A DNA stretch of 64,000 bases from Camelus dromedarius (taxonomy: Eukaryota): positions 81,222,001 to 81,286,000 of the forward strand of contig NC_087436.1 of assembly GCF_036321535.1 (NCBI RefSeq), given 5' to 3'. The notes beneath the pieces are model-generated. The model was given only the letters and a program-made list of their open reading frames with translations, was not told the DNA's origin and did no database searches. Positions 1-12,899 of this stretch are shown piece after piece. How positions within the stretch are numbered: position 1 is the stretch's first letter; every line of letters begins with the position of its first letter. The position numbers and the translations under genes are program-made.

Positions 1-608
1 GGACAGCTGCTGTGATGCTTGGGAAAAATCATTTTCTTCCAAGCAAAGAGTCACCCTTTTTGCCTGCCATCACACAGCCACCTTTCTGATATGACTGGAC
101 CAAAGTGTGTTTAGCTAGTCACATTATCCCACAATGTGTCTGAGCCCCAGGACCCAGAGAGGCTGACTCATGAGAACAGGTAATTGGGAAGCAGTAGGAC
201 ACAAGACAGGAGAGGAAATCTAATTTACAGCTCACTGGAGAGCTCTGAGTCAGCATGGAGAACTGAGATGGAAGATGAAATTGTGAGCTCACCTCTCTAT
301 GATTATTTAGTCTGCCCCCTTTTCATTCAGAAAACATATGTTGTGAATGCAAGGATTTAGCTTCTGCTCCTAAAGCCTTGGCAGCTGACAGCAGTTTCTT
401 GAAACCACCTGGAAAGGACAGAATTAGTTTTAGGATATCTGCTATTTTCATAAGGGCAACTACTGAGTTCAGGAAACAAAGGAAGCTATCCAGGAGCTCT
501 CAGGACCTTCTGGCAAATATAATCACATATCTAGTTAGGTCCATGTATCCATGGAGAATATATTGACAAGTCAAGGGTGTATCATGGTCTTTGTGTTAAG
601 AGAATTCA

Positions 609-1062
609 ATACTGCCACTTGCAGCAACATGGATAGACCTAGAATGATCATCTTAAGTGAAGTAAGTCAGAGAAAGACAAATATCATATGATATCACTTA
701 TATATAGAATCTTAAAAATGATTCAAATTTTATTTGCAAACCATGGATAGACTCATGGACATAGAAAACAAACTGTTTACCAAAGGGGAAAGGGCAACTG
801 TTTACCAAAGGGCTAGATTAGGAGTTTGGGATTAACAGATACACACTACTGTATATAAAATAGATAAACAACAAGGACCTACTGTAAAGCACAGGAAACT
901 ATACTCAATTTCTTATAATAACATATAATGGAAAAGAATCTGAAAAGAATCTTATATACATATATATAACTGAAACAATTTCCTATTTACCTGAAACTAA
1001 CATTGTAAATCAACTGCACTTCAAAAAAAACAAGATTTTAAAAAAAAATCACAGGAAAAAAA
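609..1062 (+). mobile_element. 5'-truncated L1 3' end (cetartiodactyl-type) with composite A-tail
   Basis: Typical L1 3' motifs (gcagcaacatggatagacctaga, aagtgaagtaagtcagagaaagacaaata, aacaacaaggacctactgtaaagcacagg, attgtaaatcaactgcacttc) followed by A-runs. Confidence 0.9.
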
Positions 1063-1409
1063 AGGAGTATCTAGCAGAATCTCAGTTTTTATCTAAACCT
1101 ATTTGAAACCTCAGTGATGAGTTTTATTTGCCCTGAACTGACACTCCTAATCAAAACTGCAGTCGTCGTAGGAAAAGAGGTGGGAAAAAAGAAAATTCAA
1201 GGGCTCAGAGGCACTTGGTATAGATACAGCTGCGTGCCTAAAGCCCAACAGGGGCTTTTTCTTTATTTCCTGGATGGCTAGCTGCTGAGTCACAAGGAGA
1301 TTTGCAGGGTTCCATCAATGGCAAAAGGAGATTAGTCTTTGCCCTCGTGCTTATGGACTGATACCAGATCTTTGTTGACTGAAGAGTAGTAACCCCAGCG
1401 GGAATATAA

Positions 1410-1995
1410 TTCATTTAAGAAATATTTATCAAATACCTATTTTATAGTAGATACTGTTTTGAACACTGGGAATATCGAGGTTTAAAAAGCCTCAATCTTA
1501 TGTTTCTGATCTTATGTATAACTTCCCATATGTTTCTGATCTTATAAAACTTACTCTAGAGGCGATAACAGTAAACATATTTAAACTAATTAAATGAATT
1601 AGTAAGTGAAAAAGAGGCAAAGATAATTTTGGATAGTGGTAAGTGCTATGAAGAAAAATAAAAATAGGGAAGTGAGGTAGAGAGTGTGTTTGTAGTGGGA
1701 AGGATGGTTAGCTAGAGTGGTCAGGAAATCCTTTTTCTGGGAAGGAAGCAGCAGGAAGGATAAACCTTGTGGTTGGGCAGCTGGATTTACATTGAGGGCA
1801 ATGGGAAACCATTGTAGGGATGAAGCAGGGAATGATGGGAAACTCTTGGACAATATGAAGCAGGAGAATAATGGGAAACCTTTGGAGGGTATGAAGCAGG
1901 AGAAGGATGGGAAACCAGGAGAGGATATGAAGAGGGGAATGGTTTCTCTGGCTGCTGAGAGGAAACTGGATTGTGGGAGGAGATAGGCAAGACAA
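1410..1995 (-). mobile_element. L2 LINE 3' fragment
   Basis: Antisense L2 3'-end pattern (tcatttaagaaatatttatcaaatacctat...cactgggaatat; aagtgctatgaagaaaaataaaataggg; tctctggctgctg). Confidence 0.75.
1801..1941. repeat. Four-copy 34-36 bp minisatellite inside L2
   Basis: Units start atgggaaac at 1801, 1835, 1871 and 1907, each containing atgaag. Confidence 0.9.
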
Positions 1996-4368
1996 AGTAA
2001 GCAAGAGCTTGAACTGGTTTAAGAGAGTTGATGCTTGAGATTTTTATGTGCATCAGTACCCTGGGACTATTAAAAATTTCCATGTTTGAAAACTCCTCCC
2101 AAGTACAGAATAATCTAATAGCTGTTCATGCAGTCATTTCCCTTCAGTGCTATCAGAAGCCCACTCTCTGGGATTCTTTAGTACAAGACTTCTTCTAGTG
2201 TTACAGTAAACCTGAAAAGTGAGAGGAGGAGATCCAGAGTTAGAGAATTCCAGCAGCCTTGCCTGTGTCAATACAGTCTGCCCCGGAGTTCACCTCTGCT
2301 CTAAGTACTTCTCCCATCAGTGAAATTCAACTCCCCAGGTTCAGTCTTCATAACATAGTAACTATTCCCTTCTAAACACCTTAGGATTCTGAAATCCAGA
2401 GCATGCCCAGAGTAGGGCAACCTGGAGTATGTCCAAAGGACCTAAATATAAAGGGACACAGTTTTTAAAAGATTGGATATCATTGTGCTGTTTTAGATTG
2501 TGTTGAATTCACATATTGACAGCACATGCTCCCCTTCCAATGGTTTGAAAGGAGCCATGTCATGAATTACAAAGTACATTTGAGGGCCAATTTCCTGTTG
2601 CTTGCACTGGTCACCAAAATTGCTGGTTCTTTCTTTGCTTAACCTATTTTAAGAGATTTTGGTTCTTGAATTCAATACCTATAATCTATTGTCTGTGGCT
2701 CAGCCCACTTCTGTTCTAAACAACCTGCTTGTACGTGACTTCTCTGTACACCTTTTTTCCTGAGTCTACTCAACAACCCTGAATCACCCTGACTCATTCC
2801 ATCGAATCCCTGTGTCTCCTCATAGCCTATTTCTCTTTCAGGATTTTACTCATACTTCCTTCCTGCTGCTTCTAACAGATTAAAGGCAAAATTTTCCAAT
2901 CAAAAGTAAAGTTTAAGAAGTAAAAGAAAAATATGGAATACTTTTAGTAAAACCAAGAAATATGTATCAGTGTGTCAAATGTGGTCATATTTGACATATT
3001 AGGGTTATGTGCAAATGTAGATGTTAATGTCTGTGGCATTTACCTTTTCACAGAGCTGAGTCAGACAAAATTAATGAGAATAAGAGAAAAATAGGATCCT
3101 GCCATTATGTCAAGAAGCACAAATTATGGTTTTATAAGATCTTTCTCTGTCTCTGTCTCTTTCCATTTATGTGTTTTGAATATCAATTACTTATTTGTCA
3201 GCATTGAAATATTGATATGGTACCCATTAATTACTCAACATTTTGGAAAATGTTTCAAAAAATCTAATCCAATTTTTATTTTAAAAAGTATACTTTTATC
3301 ATTATTTGGTCACAATTACATTGCTTTCTGCCAAAAAACAGGACAAGAGTAGATACAACAGGATCTTAAAAGTAGAGGAGAAATATCTAAACCAAACAGT
3401 AAATTTCTGAGCTAAAGAATACATAACAGTTTGTAAGTGAGTCTTGAATGATCTGAGCATTTAGCTAATTGTGTCTTTGAATTGTAGCATGTAAAGTAGA
3501 TTTGACATTAATATTTTAAGGAGTCAGGTCAAGCTGAAAGATTAATGATGGTGACCAGGGCAATTTCAATCTGGGCCACTTCATATTTTGGCTTATCTGA
3601 CCCTAGGATGGTTGTTGGGGAGAGTGGGCAACTCAGTGGGTAGGATATAAATATACTTTGGACACGTGATTGATATGTTGGAATGGAGAAAAACATAGTT
3701 ATAGAAAATTAGCCTTACTTCCGGTCTAAGTCCTTTTATTTTATTTGAAAATTATGCACTTCCCTTAAAAAACTATTGCTTGTCAGTTACTATATTCTGC
3801 AAAGAAAGGGTGAGGTAGGTTTATAAATGTTCAATTAATAATTCATTTAAAAAGTGAATGAATGAATGCATTTCAGGAAAAAAAAACTTTTTAAATTATA
3901 AAAAGGACCTCCCCCCTTCAGTTAGAGGAAAATAATTTCTTCGTTTATAAGTAGGAAATGTTATGTAAGAGACATCAAGTAAAAAATATTATGCTGCTTC
4001 TCTTATATTTAACAAAATATATAATAAATAATAAGAATAAAGTTGTATCCTACTTATAAAAAAAAGAATAAACGTGCATGTGTGGTAAAAATTTTATGAC
4101 AAATTAGAAATGGAGATTTTTGGTAACAGTAGTGGTTTCCAGTTCAAGAGCCATGTAACAGATCGCTGACGCTGGCTAGAGATGCCGAAGACGTGCTCAA
4201 CACCTATCACAGCACCATCCGCGTCAGAAGTAGTCCTCTGCAAAGACGAAGGGATGTTCGCATCCCCTGAAAAAGTGCAACTCCTGAGACATAAAAATAT
4301 TCCGGAAAATCAGCAAAGGAAAAGATTATTTCCTAAGTATAAAAGAAATTGGGCATTATAGAGAGACT

Positions 4369-4430
4369 TTCACTATTGAGGATTTTAAAGTGGAGGGAAT
4401 TCACTATTAAGGATTTTAAAGTAGAGGGAA
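4369..4430. repeat. 31-bp tandem duplication
   Basis: ttcactattgaggattttaaagtggagggaa followed by ttcactattaaggattttaaagtagagggaa; 2 mismatches. Confidence 0.95.
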
Positions 4431-4555
4431 TTTTTTTTCCCCCTGAGAACAGATGGTTCTCACATTGTAATTGTGTTTCTGTTCCATGCTAATTCATCTG
4501 GGTGTTACACAAGGATACAGAGGAAAAAGGTAAACCATTTCCCCTCAGGTATACT

Positions 4556-4722
4556 AGCATAGTAGAAATAGCATTGAATTGGGTGTTGTGAAAGCTAGTA
4601 ACTATTCTAGCTGACACGAATTAACCATGTGAGTGACCTTGGACAAATCATGTTTTCTCTGGGCATCAGTTTCCTTTTCTGTAAAATGAGGGCATTGGAC
4701 TAAATTATATTTGAAGCTCCTG
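4556..4722 (+). mobile_element. MIR-family SINE
   Basis: MIR core gtgaccttggacaaatca...catcagtttccttttctgtaaaatgaggg. Confidence 0.85.
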
Positions 4723-4859
4723 ATGTGCTTTCTATGGTTCTCATTTCTTCATCTTCTTTCTTGTTCTTTTTTTTTTTTTTTTTTTTTTGTCTTTTTCTAA
4801 ATGCTCAAATACTACATTATTTAAGGTATATTTCCTGGCAGTTTTTTTTCTTCCCTCTC

Positions 4860-5143
4860 TGTCTCTTTCTTCAATATATGGGATAGGAGGATACTGACTA
4901 AGTCTGAGAGGAAGGAGGAGGAAGAAAATTAGCTGCAGGAAGGGTTTCTATCCCCCTCTACAAGAAAACTTAAATACAGACATCACTGCTTTGAGAGGAA
5001 TGGTTTATGTCCAAACAGCATTTTCCAGACAAGCTCTGTACTTTTTTGCCAACAGAATTAACTTTAAACTGAAGTCAGTAGACAGTTAAACAAGGGACGG
5101 CACTGGAAACAGCTGTGAGTAGACAAGACCAGTTACTTATAAG
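4860..5143 (+). promoter_or_regulatory. DTNA: Candidate promoter and non-coding first exon (upstream alternative start)
   Basis: Non-repetitive stretch with CArG-like caatatatgg (4872-4881), TATA-like ttaaata (4970-4976), E-box cagctg (5110-5115) and donor AAG|GTACTG after 5143; alternative donor gtgagt at 5115. The gene assignment is a recollection only. Confidence 0.35.
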
Positions 5144-8100
5144 GTACTGTTTTTTACTGATTGAAATCTCCTTCAGGGTTCATTTGTTTCGGGCACAAGT
5201 ATTCTGTTCCTTTGAACTTTTCCCTTCACCTCGCCTCTATTCTGAGAGAAAAGACTCTAAAATATCTTAGCTCTTTTGCTGTATTGTCTTGTAGCTGTTG
5301 AGGGATGGAGCTGCTAAGATTTTGTTTTGTGTTGTTTTGTTTTGTTTGTTTTCAGGGACCTAATAATTGTTGTGGTTATTTCATTTTGAAGCTTGGCTTA
5401 GCTTTGTCCTTTGTTGCCTCTTGTCACGGGTGGTTTTAATGTTTTATTGTTCATGTCGAATAAAGACGGGTATGCTTTAACATTACAGAGTGTACAGAAT
5501 GCTCTTGACTAGGGGTGTGGGGAGGATTGGTTAATGTATCACCAGCTAGAAGTATAGAACCAATATAGAGCCAATCAGATAAGAGGACCAAAACAGGGCA
5601 GCTCCGGGCACTGTGACTGGCTTAGTTGAGGCTCCCTGACCTCATCACAGCTTGATGGGTCTCTTCTGGAAGACACACATTTTTGAATTAGGGTTTTGGC
5701 ATCTATAGTTGTTAATTTTTAACCCTTCCTTCCCTTTATTCCCATTTATTTTTAAAAATTCTGGTAAGCCTGCTTTAAAAAAAAATGAAGTTTATCTTGT
5801 TTAAGCCCATCCACCTTAAAGGGACATTTCTAAGAATGATATTTGCAATAAGATTTAAAATCACTGAGCTATGAAAGGACTTTTAGAGCAGAAGAAGGGG
5901 AATAGCCCAATGGCAGGGGAGGGGACAGAAACGACCCTGTGTACCCCTATCATCTGGGATCTCACTCTTCCCCCTGAGGCTGGTTAGCTAATATGTAATA
6001 TTTGCTGCTGGTCAATAAACAAGTAATAGAGACAATTAAGGAGTTCTCCATCTGTGGACTTTTCAAAAAGTGAAGCTTACATGTTTACCACTGAAAAATT
6101 CAAAAGTTTTAGAAAGAATTTAGCCATTTTTATAGAGTTATCTTTTCTGAGCTCCACTGTATATTTTGAGATCTCTCTGGAGGGGACTAAATTCAATTTA
6201 ACATTTTCTGAATTATTCAGCATTCTTGTCATGGGTACACACTATAGAATTATCCTATAATATAATGATACTTGTGAGGGCCTATTTTGTGGTGTGTAAG
6301 GTTATTCCTTCTTATGCCCGAAGGTCTTATGATTATTATGCTTTAAAAAATTGTTGTATTATTTTTATGGGACATTTTTTTTCTTCTGTGTCCACCATCC
6401 ATATGGAAGTGTGATTTCTTTACTTACTGGTGTGGACAGTTTGCATTCCTCTCACAACTCTCTTCAACCTCAACTACCCCTTTATAATTATTATTTCTTT
6501 AGTGCCGTGTCCAAGAAAACCAGAAAGCAATCTAGTTTATAGAAAATTATGGAAGGAATGAGAGGCAACATCTTTATCCGAAGACCCAAAAGAATCTTTT
6601 ACGAAGAAAGTGCGGAGCCAAAGTGCATAGACACAGTGACATCTATTTTAGGTGCTGAGGAGACTTTTGGTTTGTGTCCAAGTTCTGAGTTGTGTTCTGT
6701 AATAGAAGTTGCCATGGAAGTAGTTCTGGGATAGCTACCTCATTACTGCATCTGATACAGAGTGTGCTGTTTGTTCTCCTTTTTATAAAGTTACTGGAGA
6801 TAAGTGTCAAGGAGCCAGTGACTAACTAAATCCCAAGGAGAATATAATACTAATTAATATTAACCTAGTACTAAGTATTTATTTTCGTCCCATTCACACA
6901 TATGCTGTTCACATGCAAGTGTGTCTGGGAAGTGGCATGATAATACTTTGTAGGAAAGAGAGAAAATAAAGACCCTCATCATCTAGTCCATGCAGTTCCT
7001 CTGCATGGAGATTATGCTTTAGGGAGAAAAGAAGAAGGCAAGGCTAACTGTCTCAATGACATCTTGGTTTCTTTAACTGCATCTTCTCTTACTTGCAAGT
7101 TTTTTTAAAGCTGAAAATACTGGAAAGCATTGAAGTTAGTAACTGAATATATATTTTCTTATATTCCAATTTTTTTATGTTGTGCATTTCAGAGCAAAAT
7201 GAATCACTGGTTCTCAATGATCTTGATAATTAATCCTATTCTACACAAGAAAAAAACTAAAACTAGGTATTCAGACAGATGCGTGAAGCTGTGAGTCCAG
7301 GGCAACTGTAAATTCCAAATTTAATTAGAATCCACTGCTAATTACTTGATCATAGAGCTTTATCTAGAATTCCGTTGTGAGGCCTTTTGCATTAGTGGCC
7401 CTTTTAAAACTTAAGCTATTTCTTTAAAAACAAGTTTCACCTAATCACCATAGAAATTGTTCCCAGGTGTTAAAGCATCTTGTAGTGGATATGACAAACT
7501 CTTTTTGTTTGAAACAATGAATTAAAGATGCCTTTTGTCTGCAGCAGTGAACTTGGGGTCCACTTGAATTTTGAAACATTGTCTAAAAGGTAGCTGTTTT
7601 GCTTATTTTTGCTCCCTGCTTCTTTCAGTTAAAAGTATGAGTTGTTTTAAAATAAAATAATATTCCAATTGAAACACAACTCTTCAAAGTGGAAAATACA
7701 CCATTTTGAGTCAGTGCGATAAAGCTTTTCTTTACGTGACTCTTTCAGTTTAATCAAAATTTAATTTGCACGTTCATGCCTAATTAAGAAATTTGACATA
7801 TGAAGAGATTTGTATTTTATACAACTATAGTACCACAACACCTAAACTTAAAATTCCTGAAAATTCAATGCCATTAGGAATAAACACTTAGGAAGACTTC
7901 TATTTATAAAATGCTTTTAAACTAGTAAAGGGAGAAAATACTAAAATAAATTAATGCATCACAGTGTTCACTGATAATGCCTTATAAGGATCCTTCTTAA
8001 CACATCCTTGTGAGAATTCTCTAGAAGTCTCAGGAGCTAGCTCCTCATGAACTAGAATTCAGTGAGCGAGATGTATGGCTTCCAAGGGGCTGTCAAGCTT

Positions 8101-9229
8101 AATGCTGTAGATTGTGAACAGGGGAGAGAAGCTGTTGATATTTCCTAAGTTGTTGAACAGAGAAAGAAATAATTGTTTTGTTCTCATAAAAAATCTTTAG
8201 TTTATTTCCAATTACAACCTCTTGGAAAAGAAAAGATGCTCAAATTGACTGAACTGCATCCTTATATATTGGCCTTTGTTTAATGTACTAAATTTGTACT
8301 TCTGGACAATTTAAGAGGTGATGTGGTCAAAGATCAAGGTTCTTTTTGTACATCTTAGTCATGTAATAAGTGTTTGTTGAATGAATATAACTTAAAAGGA
8401 CATTAACAAGTAAAATAATACTAAAACCATATGCTTTACCTCATATTTTATTATTGGAGTGTTACTTAGTTTACTATTGGATCAAGCTAAAACATGAAAA
8501 CTTAATTAAGCAATGCCATTTAATAAATTATGAAACTGCTATTAGCAAGCAGTAATTTGGAACTACAAATTGCTATGAAGAAAAAGCATCGGGTGCCTAT
8601 CGCCAATAATAATTTGAAAAGTAGAGTTGGAGGACATGGATGTGTCAGCCACTCTCCTATACCCCTTTATTGTTTTGTTTATTCTGCTGAAGGTATTGTG
8701 GAATTTATAATACATTTACTACAAGCAGAGGCTGCTAGATTTGATTGTCTTAATATTATTTTTTAAATTTTACTGGGGAAAACAGCAGGAAATTAGAAGA
8801 ATAAATACATGTGGCTGAGTCTTAGACAGTTTCACAAGCCAAATATTATTTTGGTGATCTTAAAATTTTTAAAAATCCCAAAGATTGTGGAAGTTATAAA
8901 GATCTAGGCAAACACTGACATCTTTCCAAACTAACAAAAAAAAATTCTAAGGAGCAATTTTCATTTTTCTGTAGCTTCTCTCCCCAACCTGCTTCCTTCT
9001 GAATGTGGTTAATACCAAGGGTGTTTTTGTGGTCCTTCTGCGCAGCATGGTGCTGGTCCAGCAGGGAAGAGGGCATCCATAGGTCCTCCTTCTCCACACT
9101 TGAAAACATTATATGTAGAGTCGAGTACAATGGAAGTGAAAACAACCTTCTTGTGAACCTCAGATATAAAAGGCCCTTCATAACTCACAAGGGAGTTCAC
9201 AATTATAATGGTTACAAAGAAAGTGACCA

Positions 9230-9612
9230 CATAAAAAGAAAATAAATTATTATCACCAGTTCCACTTTCTAGTAGATTAATTCCTGCAGTTAGGTTTCTT
9301 TCTGTATCTGTGTACATAATATGGTATCAATATTTTGTTTCATCTTATTTTTACAAAATTGGCTTAACACTGCAAATTTGGATTCCACCTTTTTCATGTA
9401 ACATTTTATTGGCAACTTTTTCTATGTTATTGAGAACACTTTGGAAAACAAATAACTGACAGCTGTCTAATATTCTATTCTATGGCTATTTCATGCATAG
9501 TAGAATACACCCTCCATGGTTGGAGACCTATATTGTTTCAGTGTGTTTTGTGATAAATAAAATAAGGATAAGTATTTATGTACATACGGTTTTTTGTTCA
9601 TTTGATTATTTT
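9230..9612 (-). mobile_element. Old L1 (L1ME-like) 3' fragment
   Basis: Degenerate antisense L1ME pattern (taatattctattctatggctatttcat...tggttggagacctatattgtttcagt...ataaataaaataagg). Confidence 0.55.
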
Positions 9613-10399
9613 AGAGCTGTAATGACTTAGAGGTTTGCAAGTCCAAATCCCTCTTTTTACAGAGTGGGGAAACTAAGTCCAGAAATATTACTCATCTAGA
9701 ATCCAGACTTCCAGCTTTCAAATTTCCATATTCATCTGGAAGAAGTAGTGCCTGTGTGATAAATGTATTCAGGGGCAAGAGGTGACAGCATAATTTCCTT
9801 CTGTCTGAGTAAGAGGTCAACCATGTACCCTATCCTCTGAAAATCCTCAGGGAACGGAAGAGTTCTCATACTAAAGAAAGAACTCAAGATTCCATGCCAG
9901 AAGTCTTTATTACACAAGGGCTATGGGAACATTTTTGAGTAGCTGTCATTTCATTAATGAGTGCTTGCTAAAGCATTTCCTGCGCCACGGGTGAGTATGG
10001 AACTTTTAAACAAAATATTTATGAAGATGAAGCCAGGCCCTGCTTCATAAATTATATCCTTTTACCTGCATCCTCGTTTTTCCTTAGGGCACAACCAATG
10101 TTCAGGCATATGCTACACTAAGCAAGCATACACACACTCAACTTTCTGGACCAAGTTCTCTCTTCTCAGTGCCAAGAAAAATTTGTATTTTCTGTCTCTG
10201 TTTCCTTGCCTCCTTCTGACTTTCTCTTTGCTATTGGATTTAATCCTTAAGTCCCTTAAATGTGATAGTTTGGCATTTATTTCTATCACAATACTGAAAA
10301 ATATCTCTCAGAGGTGGCTAATGATGGCTGAATTAAGAGTTGAATCCAGCAGCTTCTTATTCCTGTGCCCACCTCTGTTTTTTCTGCCATTCCTACTAT

Positions 10400-11030
10400 A
10401 TACCGTCATGCTCTCCTTCTGGAAATATTTCTGCTGTGTGATATTTGGGATCTTGTACCAGCCTGTGGTTTCCTCTTTTTTCTTCAGTCTCTTTAGATGG
10501 CTCCTGTCTTCTTCCCACTTCCTTCTCTGTATTTGTTTTATTTCCCCATTTATACCTTCTTCAGAAGATGACATTCAGTCTCATGGATTCAATTTAAAGC
10601 CCAATCTAGAGACCTGGTCAGCAAGACCCCTTCTGAACCACCCTTTGTACGAGTTACAAGAAAGGTCCTCTTCCTCTGGACTCACAATGCTTATATCAGG
10701 ATCCCTGACTCGGCAGGAAACTGGGCTGCATTTCAGCCCCAACTTGGCTGTACAGCCTTACACAGTTGCCCTACTGGTCAGAACCTCCTATACAATGCTG
10801 GCTCAGGTATTCCAGTGCTTCAGACTCTATATCTCTCCCCCACTCAAACCAGCCCTTCATCTTTATCTCCTCCCTCACTTCCTGTACAGCCAGGTGATGG
10901 TAATTATAGAATTAAAAACTCTATATTCCTGGCATTTTTTTCTCTTCAATCTCAGGGCGTCCATCTTGCTCAGAATTTATCGCTCCGATCCTATACCACT
11001 CCAACCCATCATCCTCACTGCTGACAATTT
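10400..11030 (+). mobile_element. Degenerate L2 internal fragment
   Basis: Pyrimidine-rich L2-like motifs (ggtttcctct...ttcttcagtctctttagatggctcct, attcagtctcatggattcaatt). Confidence 0.45.
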
Positions 11031-11084
11031 AAAGGAGATATGTATGTATATTCTCCCCCAACTTTTCAGTGAGTTCTTAGTAGA

Positions 11085-11235
11085 CGGCTAAGAGTGAGTG
11101 CTATGGAATTGAATTTCAGAATTTGTGGCCCAGCTCTGGCACATTTCACCTGTGCCATCACATGCAAGTTACTGAATAGTTCTAAGCTATAGTTTTTTCA
11201 TGTGAAACAAGGGTTCCAATAATGGTTCACATGTA
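11085..11235 (+). mobile_element. MIR-family SINE
   Basis: cccagctctggcacatttcacctgtg...gcaagttactgaatagttctaagctatagttttttcatgtgaaa. Confidence 0.7.
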
Positions 11236-12899
11236 GTGAACCCCACATATTCCAGCCAGTGCGCTGTGCACTTTCCATGCCTTCCTTTATTCAGTACTCA
11301 AAAGAGCACATTTTATTAGATTTATACACTAAACAGTCTTAAAAAATGAAATCCAATTATTCTTAAAGAGATTGGTTAATTCTTCATGAGTTCAATTTGT
11401 TTTTTGAAGAAATCTACATGAACGTTAAACCCAGATAATACCAGTGGCTTTGGCACAATTGCAAATTATGGGGAAACAAAAGGTAAGCAGGTACTTCACT
11501 TCACCTTGAGACAAGAGCATCTTCTGTCCTTTTTTTTTTTCCTTCTAAGAAAGGAGAGCAAGAATAGTTAAACAAAGTGTTTCTTCTTTTTTAATAACTA
11601 CAAACTGTATGATGCAGATAAACACTTTTCTTTTCAATGTTTCTATGTGATTTTCTTTCTTTGTGCTTTACAACCCAACCTTATAGTCACAAAGCAAACA
11701 ATTGGAGCAGCCAGAAATCTGTCCCAGGCTATTTGACAAAAGACTCTCTGCCTCATTTGCAAACTGCTTCTCTTTCTTTGAATTTAAGAATCCATGCTGT
11801 GACATAGTCAAATTTAAGTGGAAATGCTCCAGAGTAATGATTAAGGGGTTTCAGATGTATGCCAGGAAGGTTATTTCGCCATAATTTTATCCTAGGGTAG
11901 TCAGTTAATTTAGTTTTTCCAAACTGACTCTTGCCTGTCACTTTGGGTAGATACACTGACCTCTTGCCCTTGGATCCGATATGGGTTTTCTGAAAGCTAC
12001 ACGAATTGTCTCCGTTAGTGCTTTCCCCAGAGACTGCTAAGTTATTTCAGTCAGAGGGCTTAGGCCCTTTCTTAGCATCAAAGGGTTCTGTGACTATTTC
12101 ATTTCCTCAATCATCTCATTAATTACTTACACATGGAAGCTGCATAAATCATCCCACAGGGAAGCTGAGTGGGATCTTCAAGATGTAACTGAGCCACATA
12201 CTTCAAATGACCAGAACAGTCCAAAGTAGGCCAAGTGACTTGTCAGTGATCATAGAGCAAGTATAGAACATGCTTCCTCTGTAAGAGCACCTACCTTGCA
12301 GATACGCCGACAACTTCTTGGAATATTAATTGCACTGAACAGTCTTGATGCCACATAGAAATAAACCCAAGTCTTCTCTTGCCTTCTCCCTTGTCTTTCC
12401 GTGTCAGCAGGAATCGTTGGAATCCAGTGTGTATGTTAGAGGCCCATCCTCTTTTTCATTCAGAGGAACTGCTTTTTGGTAGGGAAAGCCTTCCAAACAC
12501 TTGACTTTAAACTTCTTCAACTCCCGAAATGGGAATTAGTGACACACATGCCAAATAGAATAATGAAATATTAATGGCTTATCCTCAAACTGCAACTCCC
12601 AAAGCACCACAGTGCTCTCTGAACCAAATCTCTGTGTCAGAGATACACTTGTGCATTTCAGAAAGTATTAACATTATGTTATGGCAGTTTTGTAATATGA
12701 AAACCTGTATTTCTTATGAACATACACACACAGAGCTATTGGGGGACACGTGGGATAACTAACTCGGTAAGAGTGAGCATCTCCCTCCCTCCCCTCAGGC
12801 TTGTCACCATCTCTGCCACTTTCTCACGTGCACACCCGGCTTCAGCATCTCTGCGGTCGCCCCTGTGTGTCATCTGCACACATGGGTGATCTTTCAGCC

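Noticed and set aside
1801..1941. CRISPR-like spaced repeats
   Set aside because: The units are contiguous diverged tandem copies without unique spacers, in mammalian DNA with no cas genes.
10183..11091. Longest ORF (302 aa)
   Set aside because: It starts at TTG rather than ATG, has the L/F/S-rich composition expected of pyrimidine-rich DNA, overlaps an L2-like relic and shows no recognisable domain.
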